Under the pieces are notes generated by a model. It did no database searches, had not been told where the DNA came from, and saw nothing but the letters and a program-made list of their open reading frames with translations. Positions 25,331-33,885 of a DNA stretch of 64,000 bases are shown here, piece by piece (position 1 is the first letter of the stretch; each line of letters opens with the position of its first letter). Source of the stretch: an uncultured Acidimicrobiales bacterium. GTDB taxonomy: Bacteria > Actinomycetota > Acidimicrobiia > Acidimicrobiales > SHLQ01. Both the position numbers and the translations under genes were made by a program. The stretch lies in assembly GCA_937922235.1 (NCBI GenBank), contig CAKZVC010000009.1, positions 35,096 to 99,095 of the forward strand, in the 5' to 3' direction.

Positions 25331-26281
25331 TCACGACAGGGCGGGAAGGATGTCGAGGTCGAAGAGGTAGAGGGTGCCGAGCGCAATGCTCAAGACGCTG
25401 ACGATCACGGCCAAGGTTGCGTACACCGGGAAGCTTCGTTCGGCGCTGAGTAGGCCGGCACCTGCGATGAGCGCCAGAACTGCGTTGGCGACGATGAGCC
25501 CGAGCACCCACGCGCCGAGCAGAACCAATCCGAAGCCCACGCCGGTTGCTGCAGAGGAAGCTACGAAGATCGCGATCTGTGTTGGGCTCTCGATGCCGAC
25601 GCCGTGGAGCATGCCAATGCCGGTGGCCGTTCCATGGCCGTAGCTCGCTTCGGGAGTTTCTGGGAGGAGCAGTTCGTGGCTGTGGCGATGACTGTGGGTG
25701 TGACCATGCGAATGGCCGTGTGCAGATCGTTCGCGCCAGGTACGTCGGGCTGTAGGTGCGGCGGCAAGTGCTGGTTCCGGCACGGCAACCTGTTCGCTGA
25801 CATGGGCGTGATCGTGTGCTGGGGCTGAGTCGTGGGTGAGGTCGATCACGTCGTCGTCGTGCCCATGATCGTGGTCGTGCTCGACGCTGATCGACCGGCC
25901 AGTGAGCCCGTTGCGAACGCGGCGGAGGCCAGCGAAGGTGCCGTCGATGACGAGCATCCAGCGACTGCGAAGTCGGAAGTCGCGGCCGCGGCGGGCTAAC
26001 TCGAACAGGATCCAGCCTCCGAGCATGATCAGCGTGACGCCAACGATTCGGCCCATCCACATATCGAGGCTGTCCGGAATGGCGAGCCCAAACAAGATCG
26101 CCAGCGTGCCCAGCATGAACACGACCGCGCCGTGGCCAATCGCGTAGGTCATCGACAACGCAAAACCGCGCCGCCGGTTCGGTGCAGTACCGCTCAAGTC
26201 GGAGATCGCTGCGATGTGGTCCCAATCGACGCCATGTCGAAGACCAAGCCCGAGAGCGGTGAGAAGAAGGCCGAGTGTCAT
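25331..26281 (-). CDS. NicO/RcnA-like nickel/cobalt transporter with a His-rich loop
   Basis: 316 aa. LGLRHGVDWDHIAAISDL signature, TM-rich, with central HDHDHGHDDD...HDHAH...HGHSHGHTHSHRHSH. Confidence 0.8.
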   Translation of the reverse strand: MTLGLLLTALGLGLRHGVDWDHIAAISDLSGTAPNRRRGFALSMTYAIGHGAVVFMLGTLAILFGLAIPDSLDMWMGRIVGVTLIMLGGWILFELARRGRDFRLRSRWMLVIDGTFAGLRRVRNGLTGRSISVEHDHDHGHDDDVIDLTHDSAPAHDHAHVSEQVAVPEPALAAAPTARRTWRERSAHGHSHGHTHSHRHSHELLLPETPEASYGHGTATGIGMLHGVGIESPTQIAIFVASSAATGVGFGLVLLGAWVLGLIVANAVLALIAGAGLLSAERSFPVYATLAVIVSVLSIALGTLYLFDLDILPALS

Positions 26282-26404
26282 TACCTACTCGTCTATCCCG
26301 CCCAGCATCGCCTCGACAACCCGTACGCCCGAACCGGTCAGGATGGCAGCAAGAAATTTCGGCAAACGTGGGAACCGAACCTGCATGGAGAGCGTGTAAC
26401 CAGT

Positions 26405-27034
26405 ATGAAACGCCTACTAACCCCCCTTTTCCTCATGGTCCTTGTGCTTGCGGCCTGTGGTGACACCACGAACGAAGTTGGCACCGGCGCCCAAATTGAC
26501 GCACCACTACCCGAAGAGCCCGCCGACCCTAATGCCCCCATCCCGGTTGAGCCTGACGGTGGCATTGGCGACGGCTCCGGCCCGATCCCCGATGATCTCC
26601 CGATCTCCGATCCCGCAGACGACGAGGTCATCACCGACAACAAGCCGGTCGACCCGAAGGTGGTCACGCCAACCGAGGTGCTGATCAACCCGGACGATCA
26701 GAGCGAGCTGTGGGTGCGCTTCGTTGGCGGGGCCGCTCCGTGTACGGCAGCGAACGTCACGATCATCACCGAGACCCCTGACGTCGTCGAGATCGAGCTC
26801 GTTGTCGGCATCACCGAAGATGCCCTGGTGAAGAGCTGCCTCGCTGGCGAATTCAACCTTCGGGTCAACGTGCCACTCAACGAGCCAGCGACGAGCAAGA
26901 GCATTGCGTGGGTTCAGGCAGAGCCTGCCGGCGATGAGCCGGTCTTGGTCACCCCCGATTTGTCGACGGACGACTTCATTGGTCTCACCGAGGCCGAGGC
27001 TGCGGCGATCGCAGATGAGAACATCATCGACTGA
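26405..27034 (+). CDS. Lipoprotein whose C-terminal I78 inhibitor-like domain is cut by an in-frame TGA
   Basis: MKRLLTPLFLMVLVLAACGDTT (lipobox LAAC) and a Pro/Asp-rich linker. The ORF ends ...FIGLTEAEAAAIADENIID at TGA 27032-27034. Confidence 0.7.
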   Translation: MKRLLTPLFLMVLVLAACGDTTNEVGTGAQIDAPLPEEPADPNAPIPVEPDGGIGDGSGPIPDDLPISDPADDEVITDNKPVDPKVVTPTEVLINPDDQSELWVRFVGGAAPCTAANVTIITETPDVVEIELVVGITEDALVKSCLAGEFNLRVNVPLNEPATSKSIAWVQAEPAGDEPVLVTPDLSTDDFIGLTEAEAAAIADENIID

Positions 27035-27145
27035 CGAGTCGTTCGTGTTGACGACGAGTGGTTTGCCGTCACCGAAGATCTCCGGCCTGGGCGTCTCAAC
27101 TTCGAAATCGACGATGGGAAGATCAGCGCCGTCACCCTCGGGTAA
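27035..27145 (+). other. In-frame continuation after the TGA, encoding the rest of the I78 inhibitor-like domain
   Basis: RVVRVDDEWFAVTEDLRPGRLNFEIDDGKISAVTLG then TAA. It matches the ..RV....T.D.r..RLN..id.g.I..v..G pattern of Inhibitor_I78. Confidence 0.6.
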
Positions 27146-27157
27146 CGGCGCCCGCCG

Positions 27158-27850
27158 TCACCAGTCGACTACAGCGGGTATGTCGTTCAGCGCACCGACC
27201 GTCATGGTCGGTGCGCTCGTGTTTTCGGGCAGCGTGTCCGGATCAACGCCGTGGCGGTTGAACCAGCACGTCGCAAAACCGGCGTTGTTGCCGGCGGCGA
27301 TATCGGACGTCAGGCTGTCGCCGATCATGAGCGTTGATGTCGGGTCGAGGTCACCAAACCCCAGATGATCGAAGATGGCCGGGTCGGGTTTGGACACTCC
27401 GACTTCCCCGCTGATGGCGAGCCCGTCGAAGTAGTGCGCAATTTCGAGGCGGTCGATTCGTTGGCGCTGCACCGAGCCGATGCCGTTGGTGACAAGGCCC
27501 AGGCGGGCAACGCTGCAGGCCGCGAGCACGTCGAGTGCACCGGGGTAGAGCTCGCCATGGGCGCCGAGCCCGTCGAGGAAGGTCTGGCCCATCACGTGCG
27601 CATCGCCGTCGAGGCCGAGGTGATCAAGAAGTTGGGCCCAGCGGATGTGCTTGACGTCGTTTGGGCTGAGCTCGCCGCGTTCGACCTGCTTCCAGAGAGC
27701 AGTGTTTAGCTCGCGATACGCCGGCAGGTGCGCGGCTGGGTCATCGATGCCGATCGACTGCAGGGTTACGTCGAACGCGCGAGCTTCCGACGCATCGCTG
27801 TCGAGCAGGGTGTGATCAAGATCGAACAGGATCGTCGTCCATCGGCTCAT
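27158..27850 (-). CDS. HAD-superfamily hydrolase (YjjG-like nucleotidase type)
   Basis: ATG 27850 gives 230 aa: TILFDLDHTLLD (motif I) and MIGDSLTSDIAAGNNAG (motif IV). The longer ORF in the track is an over-extension. Confidence 0.8.
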   Translation of the reverse strand: MSRWTTILFDLDHTLLDSDASEARAFDVTLQSIGIDDPAAHLPAYRELNTALWKQVERGELSPNDVKHIRWAQLLDHLGLDGDAHVMGQTFLDGLGAHGELYPGALDVLAACSVARLGLVTNGIGSVQRQRIDRLEIAHYFDGLAISGEVGVSKPDPAIFDHLGFGDLDPTSTLMIGDSLTSDIAAGNNAGFATCWFNRHGVDPDTLPENTSAPTMTVGALNDIPAVVDW

Positions 27851-27852
27851 CG

Positions 27853-28782
27853 CTAGCTGCCTTGTTCGGCGTGGGCAGTCAGGATGCAGTTCGCAATGGC
27901 GATGTCTTGGGCCGCGGTGCCGGTGAGGTCGGCGATCGACAGCTGGTCGTCGGAGCGCACCGGGGGAGAGGTGATGAGCGTGCCGAGCTCGACCACATCG
28001 CCGTGTCGGCTCGATTCGAGCATCGAGAACTCGCCGTGGTCGAGGCATTGCTCGATGCTGTCGGCTGCGAGGTGGTCGGCCAGGTTGATGAGCTCGAATG
28101 CAAGCTCGTGCTTGCCGGGCGCGTCGGCGCCGACGGCGGTGATGTGCGTGCCGGGCTGAATCCAGTCGCTGGCGATGATGGGCGATCGAGCTCCGGTGAC
28201 CGACACGATGATGTCAGCGTTGCGGCATGCGGCTTCGAGGTCGGTTGCGACGTCTGCATCGTGTTTGGCTGCCATCCCTGATGCCTTCTCGGGCGATCGT
28301 CCCCAGATCGAGATGTCGAGCTCACGGTCGAGGAGCTCGCGATGCGCCTTGATCTGCTGGCCGGCTTGCGCGCCCGTGCCGACGACAAGCAGCTTGCATG
28401 CATCGGGTCGGGCGAGGAGCCGAGTGGCGATTGCCGACCCGACCGCGGTGCGGACATCGGTGAGCAGCATCTGGTCGTAGAGGATCGCCAGGGTCTCGCC
28501 GGTCTCGGCCGACATGACGATCGAGACGCCGTTCCCAGTTGGAGCACGCGCCGGGTCGTTGTTTGGGAATCCGGTTGCGACCTTGATGACGAACGTGGGC
28601 TGGCTGCGGTGGTGGCCGAACTTAATGTGGCAGTCGGCGTTATGGTCGGGGAACGTGATGTGCCCGACCGGGGGAAGCTCGATTTCGTTGGCCGTCGATG
28701 CTTGGTACGCGGCCTCGATCGCCGGTGCCGCCAACCGCATGTCGACGAGTGCAGCGATTTCGTCTCGTTCGAGAAAGATCAC
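27853..28782 (-). CDS. Ornithine cyclodeaminase / mu-crystallin family protein
   Basis: 309 aa. LLVVGTGAQAGQQIKAH Rossmann motif and a family-typical length and layout. ATGA-type overlap with the aminotransferase gene. Confidence 0.8.
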   Translation of the reverse strand: MIFLERDEIAALVDMRLAAPAIEAAYQASTANEIELPPVGHITFPDHNADCHIKFGHHRSQPTFVIKVATGFPNNDPARAPTGNGVSIVMSAETGETLAILYDQMLLTDVRTAVGSAIATRLLARPDACKLLVVGTGAQAGQQIKAHRELLDRELDISIWGRSPEKASGMAAKHDADVATDLEAACRNADIIVSVTGARSPIIASDWIQPGTHITAVGADAPGKHELAFELINLADHLAADSIEQCLDHGEFSMLESSRHGDVVELGTLITSPPVRSDDQLSIADLTGTAAQDIAIANCILTAHAEQGS

Positions 28783-29912
28783 CCGAAGGTCTTCTCCATG
28801 TGCGTGGTCATTACGGCAAGGCCTTCGTCCAAGCCGCGGCGGCCGTAGCCCAGGCGGAACCGGTCGGAGATGCTCGGCCCGACATCGGACTTGTAGATCG
28901 TCGATGGGAGGAGCAGCACGCCCGAGTCTTCGACGAGTGAACGCGTGAATGACTCAACGTCGCCGGGCCCGGTGTACTTGGGGAAGCCCATGCACGAGCC
29001 GTCGGGTCGATTCCATTTGAAGTGATCGGGGAACTGGGCGAAGAACGCATCCCACTTGGGCAGGTTCTCATCGACGATGCCGCAGTTGCGGGCGAGGATC
29101 TGCTCGCGGTTCTCCAGCGCGATGATCGCAAGGCGTTCGCTCGGGCCCGAGCTGCAGATGGAGAGGTAGTGCTTCAACCGTTCCATCCGATCGAGCACGT
29201 CGGCGTCCTGGCACGCAATCCAACCGATGCGCAGGCCGGGAAGTCCGTAGGCCTTGGAGGTGACGTTGAGCGAGAGACCCCGTTCATACACGTCGGCGAT
29301 GAACGGCAGGTGTTCGGTTCCGGTTGGGCCGAGGCCGTGGAAGATCTCGTCGTGGAGGATGTAGATGCCGTGGTGGCGGCAGAGCTCGACGAGTGCGTCG
29401 TAGCGGTCTCTCGACAAGATCGCCCCGGTTGGGTTGTGCGGGAAGTTGATGGTGACGAGCTTGGTGTTCGGCTTGATCGCTGCGGCGACCCGATCGATGT
29501 CGAGCGACCAGCCGTCGTCAGGGTCGAGTGGAATGCCGCTGGCTTCGCAGATCGCCGCGGGCAACGTCTCGTGGCTCTGATAGTTCGGGGTAACCACGAT
29601 GGCGTGACTGTCAGAGTCGAGGATCACGTTGTTCGCAGCGAAGATGCCTTCGCTCGCACCAGCGAAGCCGAGGATCTGATCGGCCTGCATCGTGGCGTAC
29701 GTGTTGGCGATGGTTTCCCGAAGGTCTGGGGCGCCCCAGGTCTCGGTGTATCCGAGCCACATGTTGTCAAAGTCGTGGCGTTGCTCGGGCGTTGCCATGG
29801 CCAACAAGTCGGGGAGAGACATGCTCTCGGCGTCCGATGCCGTCATGTGGTACTTGGCTTTGAACTCCCAGTCAGAGAAGTGTCGTTCGAGCCGAAAGTC
29901 GGGTAGCTGCAC
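28779..29912 (-). CDS. Class I/II PLP-dependent aminotransferase
   Basis: 377 aa. NFPHNPTG, and SKAYGLPGLRIGW (the PLP lysine). Confidence 0.85.
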   Translation of the reverse strand: MQLPDFRLERHFSDWEFKAKYHMTASDAESMSLPDLLAMATPEQRHDFDNMWLGYTETWGAPDLRETIANTYATMQADQILGFAGASEGIFAANNVILDSDSHAIVVTPNYQSHETLPAAICEASGIPLDPDDGWSLDIDRVAAAIKPNTKLVTINFPHNPTGAILSRDRYDALVELCRHHGIYILHDEIFHGLGPTGTEHLPFIADVYERGLSLNVTSKAYGLPGLRIGWIACQDADVLDRMERLKHYLSICSSGPSERLAIIALENREQILARNCGIVDENLPKWDAFFAQFPDHFKWNRPDGSCMGFPKYTGPGDVESFTRSLVEDSGVLLLPSTIYKSDVGPSISDRFRLGYGRRGLDEGLAVMTTHMEKTFG

Positions 29913-29921
29913 GCGCCTTTC

Positions 29922-30365
29922 TTAGCAGCAAGCGGAGGCTTGCGGCGTGTCGTCGGTGGGGCAGCACGAGGTGCCTTCGCTCGACACGATGACGTTCTCA
30001 AGGACGTCGGCGTCGCCAGTCTTGACGTACCACTCCCACTTGGTGTCGGGGCCTTCGACCCAGGTCTCGGTCTTCTCGGCGTAGCAGCACATCGTGTCGT
30101 CGATGCCGGTGGTTTCCAGGCCGCTTCGGCTGATGCGAATCTCTGCATCGCTGACCTGAGACTTCTCTTCAACCTCGACGCCGAGGTGGTTGAGGGTGCC
30201 GCCGTCGCCCTGGCCTTCGAAGAGGACGAGCTTGAGGGGAGGGTTGGCGATTTCGAAGTTGGCGTAGCCGGGCTTCTTCTTGGCGACGGGGGTGTCGAAC
30301 ATCTTCTCGTAGAAGTTGATCGACTCGTCGAGGTCGGTGACATTGAGGGCGAGTTGTAAACGCAT
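29922..30365 (-). CDS. cadI: ArsI/CadI-family VOC metalloprotein (cadmium-induced protein CadI-like)
   Basis: MRLQLALNVTDLDESINFYEKMF...LNHLGVEV, with a Cys-rich tail SCCPTDDTPQASACC. ATG 30365 has a GAAGGA SD. The alternative ATG 30380 adds 5 aa. Confidence 0.75.
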   Translation of the reverse strand: MRLQLALNVTDLDESINFYEKMFDTPVAKKKPGYANFEIANPPLKLVLFEGQGDGGTLNHLGVEVEEKSQVSDAEIRISRSGLETTGIDDTMCCYAEKTETWVEGPDTKWEWYVKTGDADVLENVIVSSEGTSCCPTDDTPQASACC

Positions 30366-30394
30366 GGCTGAATCCTTCATATTGATGATCGTCT

Positions 30395-30441
30395 ATATGA
30401 CGTAGTTCGCATCGTACTGTCATATCGACAGATGTCAATAT
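30395..30441. promoter_or_regulatory. Candidate ArsR/SmtB operator(s) in the cadI-arsR divergent region
   Basis: ATATGAC (30395-30401) and GTCATAT (30419-30425). An overlapping 9-2-9 imperfect palindrome ATATcGACA-ga-TGTCaATAT lies at 30422-30441. Confidence 0.45.
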
Positions 30442-30459
30442 GTTTTGTAGAGTTGTTTT

Positions 30460-30789
30460 ATGGAAACGTCTCCGCTGGCTTTGGAACCACTGTGCTGCTC
30501 TCCCATTTTGTCAGCACCGCTCAGCGACGATGACGCCGCGGCGCTGGCCCATGTGCTGAAGGCGCTGGCCGATCCGATTCGCATCAAGCTCGTGAGCATC
30601 ATCGCTGCGGCGGGCGAAGGCTGCGCGTGCGACTTCCCCAAGATGCTCGGCAAGAGCCAACCAACGATCAGTCATCATCTCCGTCAGCTCGTCGACGCCG
30701 GCATCCTCGAACGAGAGCAGCGCGGCAAGTGGGCCTGGTACACGGTGAGTGATGAGCGCCTAGCTGAGGTTTGCTCGATCCTCTGCTGA
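30460..30789 (+). CDS. ArsR/SmtB-family metalloregulator (CadC/ArsR-like cysteine sites)
   Basis: 109 aa. N-terminal CC, an alpha-3 GCACDF motif, HTH LGKSQPTISHHLRQLVDAGIL, and C-terminal CSILC. Confidence 0.85.
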   Translation: METSPLALEPLCCSPILSAPLSDDDAAALAHVLKALADPIRIKLVSIIAAAGEGCACDFPKMLGKSQPTISHHLRQLVDAGILEREQRGKWAWYTVSDERLAEVCSILC

Positions 30790-32052
30790 GGCGTCGGTCT
30801 TGCTGAACGGCGGAAGCAATGCGAAGACGAGCACTGCTGCGGGAATGGTCGCCAGCAACATGATCGCTGGCGGATATGAACCCATCGAGCTCTGAAGTAG
30901 CGCCAGCGCAACCGGGCCGATCGCCGAGCCGACAACGTTGATGAACGTGAGCGTGCCCTGAATCGACCCGAGGTGCTTCGTGCCGAACCACGCTGGCAGC
31001 AATGCTGAAGTGACGGTGCGGATCGAACCGCCCGCAGCGCCGAGCACGATCGCATAGGTGATGACCGACAGTCCCGGCGCAGCGACCGCTGCCAGCACGT
31101 GAGCCAACCCGAGTAGCGAAATGCTGATCGCCGGCAGGTATCGACTACCGACGCGATCGAGGGTGGTGCCGAACAACAAGCCAGCAACCGTCGAGCCAAG
31201 TACCTGTGGCAGGAACATCCCTGCCGCCGCGGTTTCGCTGAGGCCGGCGTCTTGAAGCAAGTCGATCTGGTGGAAGTTGAGCGCCGTGCTCAACATGCCT
31301 GCCGCCGAGCTGATCGACGCCAAGATCCAGAACGCCCGGCTGCGAAGGGCCTCGCCGCGGGTGAAGCTGTCGGCCTCGTCTTCGAGCACGACCTTTTCCG
31401 ACTCGTGCTGTTCACTGCTTCGAGGCATCGAACGAAGCCCGAACCACGCGAGCGGCGACACGGTCGCAGCGATGATGACAGCAGCGATGAGCCACGTGCT
31501 GCGCCAGCCGACCTGAGAGATCAGCGCTGCAAGGCCGATCGGCACGAGCGCCATGAGCCCGGCGGTGAGCATCGAGAACAGGCCGAGCGCGGTGCCGCGG
31601 TTCTCGTTGAATCGCAGCGAGACCGTGACCGTGCTCGCCAGTGACAGTGAACCCTGCCCGAGTAGACGAATGCCGATGAAACCAATCGCCAGGGTCACGA
31701 ACCCTTGGACGAACGACATGTTGACAAGGGCAGCGGCGAACAGCACACCGATGATCAGCTGTGCGTGGCGGACGCCCCGACGATCGATGAACCGGCCAAC
31801 GAACGGCAGAAAGAACGAGCCGGTGAGCGTGCCGATCAGATAGGCCGTGCTGACGAGCTCGCGCTTACGGTCGGGGTCGGTCGTGCCAAAGCTGAGCTCG
31901 TCGACGAAGTGGTCGATGAAGACCGACACGCCGATCGTCTGACCCGGGCCGGTCAGTGTTGCCGCAAGAACCGCGCAACCAAAGATGACGCCCGACTGCC
32001 CGCGAAAGATCGATTCGCGTTGGGGAGCCTTCGGCGCCTGGGTGCTGGTCAC
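30760..32052 (-). CDS. MFS transporter
   Basis: 430 aa, 12 predicted TM helices. Convergent 30-nt overlap with the arsR 3' end. Confidence 0.8.
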   Translation of the reverse strand: MTSTQAPKAPQRESIFRGQSGVIFGCAVLAATLTGPGQTIGVSVFIDHFVDELSFGTTDPDRKRELVSTAYLIGTLTGSFFLPFVGRFIDRRGVRHAQLIIGVLFAAALVNMSFVQGFVTLAIGFIGIRLLGQGSLSLASTVTVSLRFNENRGTALGLFSMLTAGLMALVPIGLAALISQVGWRSTWLIAAVIIAATVSPLAWFGLRSMPRSSEQHESEKVVLEDEADSFTRGEALRSRAFWILASISSAAGMLSTALNFHQIDLLQDAGLSETAAAGMFLPQVLGSTVAGLLFGTTLDRVGSRYLPAISISLLGLAHVLAAVAAPGLSVITYAIVLGAAGGSIRTVTSALLPAWFGTKHLGSIQGTLTFINVVGSAIGPVALALLQSSMGSYPPAIMLLATIPAAVLVFALLPPFSKTDASAEDRANLS

Positions 32053-32071
32053 CCGGTAACGCTAAGGGCGT

Positions 32072-32959
32072 TTACCCCTCCGCGCGCTTTTTCATGAGCC
32101 GCTCGATGCGGGCCAGCTGGCGCTCGGCGTCGATCGACGCTGTGAACTCAGCAAAGCCCTCGGTCGGGCCCGTCCATTCGAGCTCATCGACGCTCTCGCT
32201 TACGGGAGCATCGAGCTCGATCGTGGCGATGCGCCGGAACAAGAAGGCAAGGTCGCGGTTGTCGGCGAACGTCTGGGCCAGCTTGGCGCCACCTCGAACG
32301 GTGATGTCCCACTGACCTGCGGCGAGCGGAATGTCTTCGAGCTTGCCGTAGCGAGTGAGCACCGTGCTGGTCGACTTTGCGCCCCAGCCAGCGAGGCCTG
32401 GGAAACCGTCGGCGGTGTCGCCGACGAGCCCGAGGTAGTCGGGAATCGACGCAGGCTCGACGCCGAACTTTTCGCGCACGCCAGCCTCGTCGTAGCGAAC
32501 TTCCTTGCGGCGATCGAACTGCACGATGTTGCGCGAGTCGTCGACGCACTGGGCGAGGTCTTTGTCTGGCGTGCAGATCATGACCTCGTCGACACGAGGA
32601 TCGTCGGCGTACTTGTTGGCCGCAGCGCCGAGTGCATCGTCGGCTTCAACCTCGACCATCGGCCAGACGGTGAAGCCAGCAGCTTCGAGCGTGTCTTCGA
32701 GCAGCTGGAACTGCGACGCAATGCCTTCTTCGATGCCCGAGCCATCTTTGTAGTCATCCCACAGTTCGTTGCGGAACGACTCGATGACATGGTCGGTAGC
32801 AATGCCCACATGCGTGGCGCCCTGTTCGAGGAGCAGGATCATCGACCCCAGCACACCTCGCACCGCGCCCACTTCCTGGCCCGAGTCGGTCACGTGCGAC
32901 GGCGCCGCAAAGTAGTACCGGAAGAGTTCGTAGGTTCCGTCGATCAGATGCACACGCAT
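32072..32959 (-). CDS. 5'-3' exonuclease / flap endonuclease (Pol I N-terminal domain-like)
   Basis: 295 aa. MRVHLIDGTYELFRYYFA, acidic clusters (EADDALG, TPDKDL) and an H3TH region (IPDYLGLVGDTADGFPGLAGWGAKS). Confidence 0.85.
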   Translation of the reverse strand: MRVHLIDGTYELFRYYFAAPSHVTDSGQEVGAVRGVLGSMILLLEQGATHVGIATDHVIESFRNELWDDYKDGSGIEEGIASQFQLLEDTLEAAGFTVWPMVEVEADDALGAAANKYADDPRVDEVMICTPDKDLAQCVDDSRNIVQFDRRKEVRYDEAGVREKFGVEPASIPDYLGLVGDTADGFPGLAGWGAKSTSTVLTRYGKLEDIPLAAGQWDITVRGGAKLAQTFADNRDLAFLFRRIATIELDAPVSESVDELEWTGPTEGFAEFTASIDAERQLARIERLMKKRAEG

Positions 32960-33075
32960 GACCGGACAGTATCGGCTGGCACCGAAATGCCCGAATTAGA
33001 ACGTGTGAGCCATCACGGAGACCGCGAACTTCAGTGCGTAGGATTGGGATATCCGTTTGCTACTTCGAGTGAGTC

Positions 33076-33660
33076 ATGCATCTGACACCTGAACAGATTG
33101 ACCGTCAGCCCTTCCGCATGACGCGGCGTGGGTACGACATTGTCCAGGTTCGGAACTTCCTGCGCGAGATCGCCGACGAGATGCGTGCTCGCCAAGAAGT
33201 GCGTGAGCGTCTTGCCGAGAGCGGCGAAGACACGGCGGTCGCCGAGCACCAGGCGCATCAGATTCTCGAAGAGGCACGCCAGGAAGCTGCGGCCATTCTG
33301 GCCAACGCCGAAACACAGGCTGGTTCTGCTGAAGCGCTCGCTCTTGCTGATGGCCGTGCAGCCGAAGTGATCGCCGAGGCGAACGCGCAGGCCGAGCAGC
33401 TGGCCGAAGAGGCTGAGACTCGAGCTCGCGAACGAAGCGACGCTGTTATCTCTGCCGCGCAGGCCCGACTCGATCAGCTGCTTGAAGCTGAACGCGAAGT
33501 GTCGGAGCGAGTGGAGAAGGCACGCGCCGAGCTCGAGCCGAAGCCAGCCGAGCCGATCCTTTCGGATAGCCGTGACGTGGTCCCGATCGAGATGGTGCCA
33601 GACACGTCTCTTGCCGACTTCATGAAGTCAACGCTGCGCCATGAAGTCCACCCTGATTAA
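33076..33660 (+). CDS. DivIVA domain-containing protein
   Basis: 194 aa. LTPEQIDRQPFRMTRRGYDIVQVRNFLREIADEM followed by a coiled-coil region. Confidence 0.85.
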   Translation: MHLTPEQIDRQPFRMTRRGYDIVQVRNFLREIADEMRARQEVRERLAESGEDTAVAEHQAHQILEEARQEAAAILANAETQAGSAEALALADGRAAEVIAEANAQAEQLAEEAETRARERSDAVISAAQARLDQLLEAEREVSERVEKARAELEPKPAEPILSDSRDVVPIEMVPDTSLADFMKSTLRHEVHPD

Positions 33661-33678
33661 GACCCAACATCGCGAAGA

Positions 33679-33752
33679 GAAACCGCTCGAGGGGAGCGGA
33701 GCTCGCGTAGCGACCATGTCGGCTACCGCGGATCTCGACCGGGAGTGTCGAG
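33679..33752 (+). repeat. Copy B of the inverted-repeat element (partial), directly after the divIVA-like stop
   Basis: 36/38 identity to 17075-17112, including a 27/27 core at 33690-33716. The 3' end TCGACCGGGAGTGTCGA matches 17131-17147 with one mismatch. CCGCGGATCTC is the reverse complement of copy A's left arm. Confidence 0.65.
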
Positions 33753-33760
33753 AAAGAAAC

Positions 33761-33835
33761 TGGGGGTTGCTGCTCCGGCTAGTCAGGCGCGGGCGGTCGT
33801 ATGGTCTGACCAGCCGAAGCAGCGAACAAACCCCA
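33761..33835. other. 75-nt extended imperfect hairpin (about 22 bp in 4 helical segments)
   Basis: GGGG/CCCC, TTGCTGCT/AGCAGCGA, CGGCT/AGCCG and GTCAG/CTGAC pair around the loop GCGGGCGGTCGTAT. No U-tract follows. Confidence 0.4.
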
Positions 33836-33885
33836 TGTCGAATCCGGAAGAGACCCTGATCACTTCTGACTTCGACGTTGCAATT

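Noticed and set aside
24774-26225. The 483-aa ORF in the track spanning the DHFR-like and nicO regions.
   Set aside because: Only its last 177 codons (from GTG 25310) look like a real protein (RibD_C/DHFR-like). The upstream part is Arg/Pro-rich junk overlapping the genuine NicO transporter, which is read in another frame of the same strand.
26282-26404. A NiCo (czcD-type) riboswitch upstream of the NicO transporter.
   Set aside because: The minus-strand leader lacks the conserved paired GGGACAG / CGGGC..CACAG-type elements that I remember, and no four-way junction is evident. It cannot be excluded without a covariance-model search.
27032-27034. TGA as selenocysteine or a reassigned (Trp/Gly) codon in the lipoprotein.
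   Set aside because: Many other genes in the window clearly terminate at TGA, often in ATGA/GTGA overlaps, so there is no global reassignment. Only a weak 5-bp stem (GTCGT...ACGAC) follows the TGA, with no convincing SECIS. I78 domains have no catalytic Cys at this position. A nonsense mutation or sequencing error is more parsimonious.
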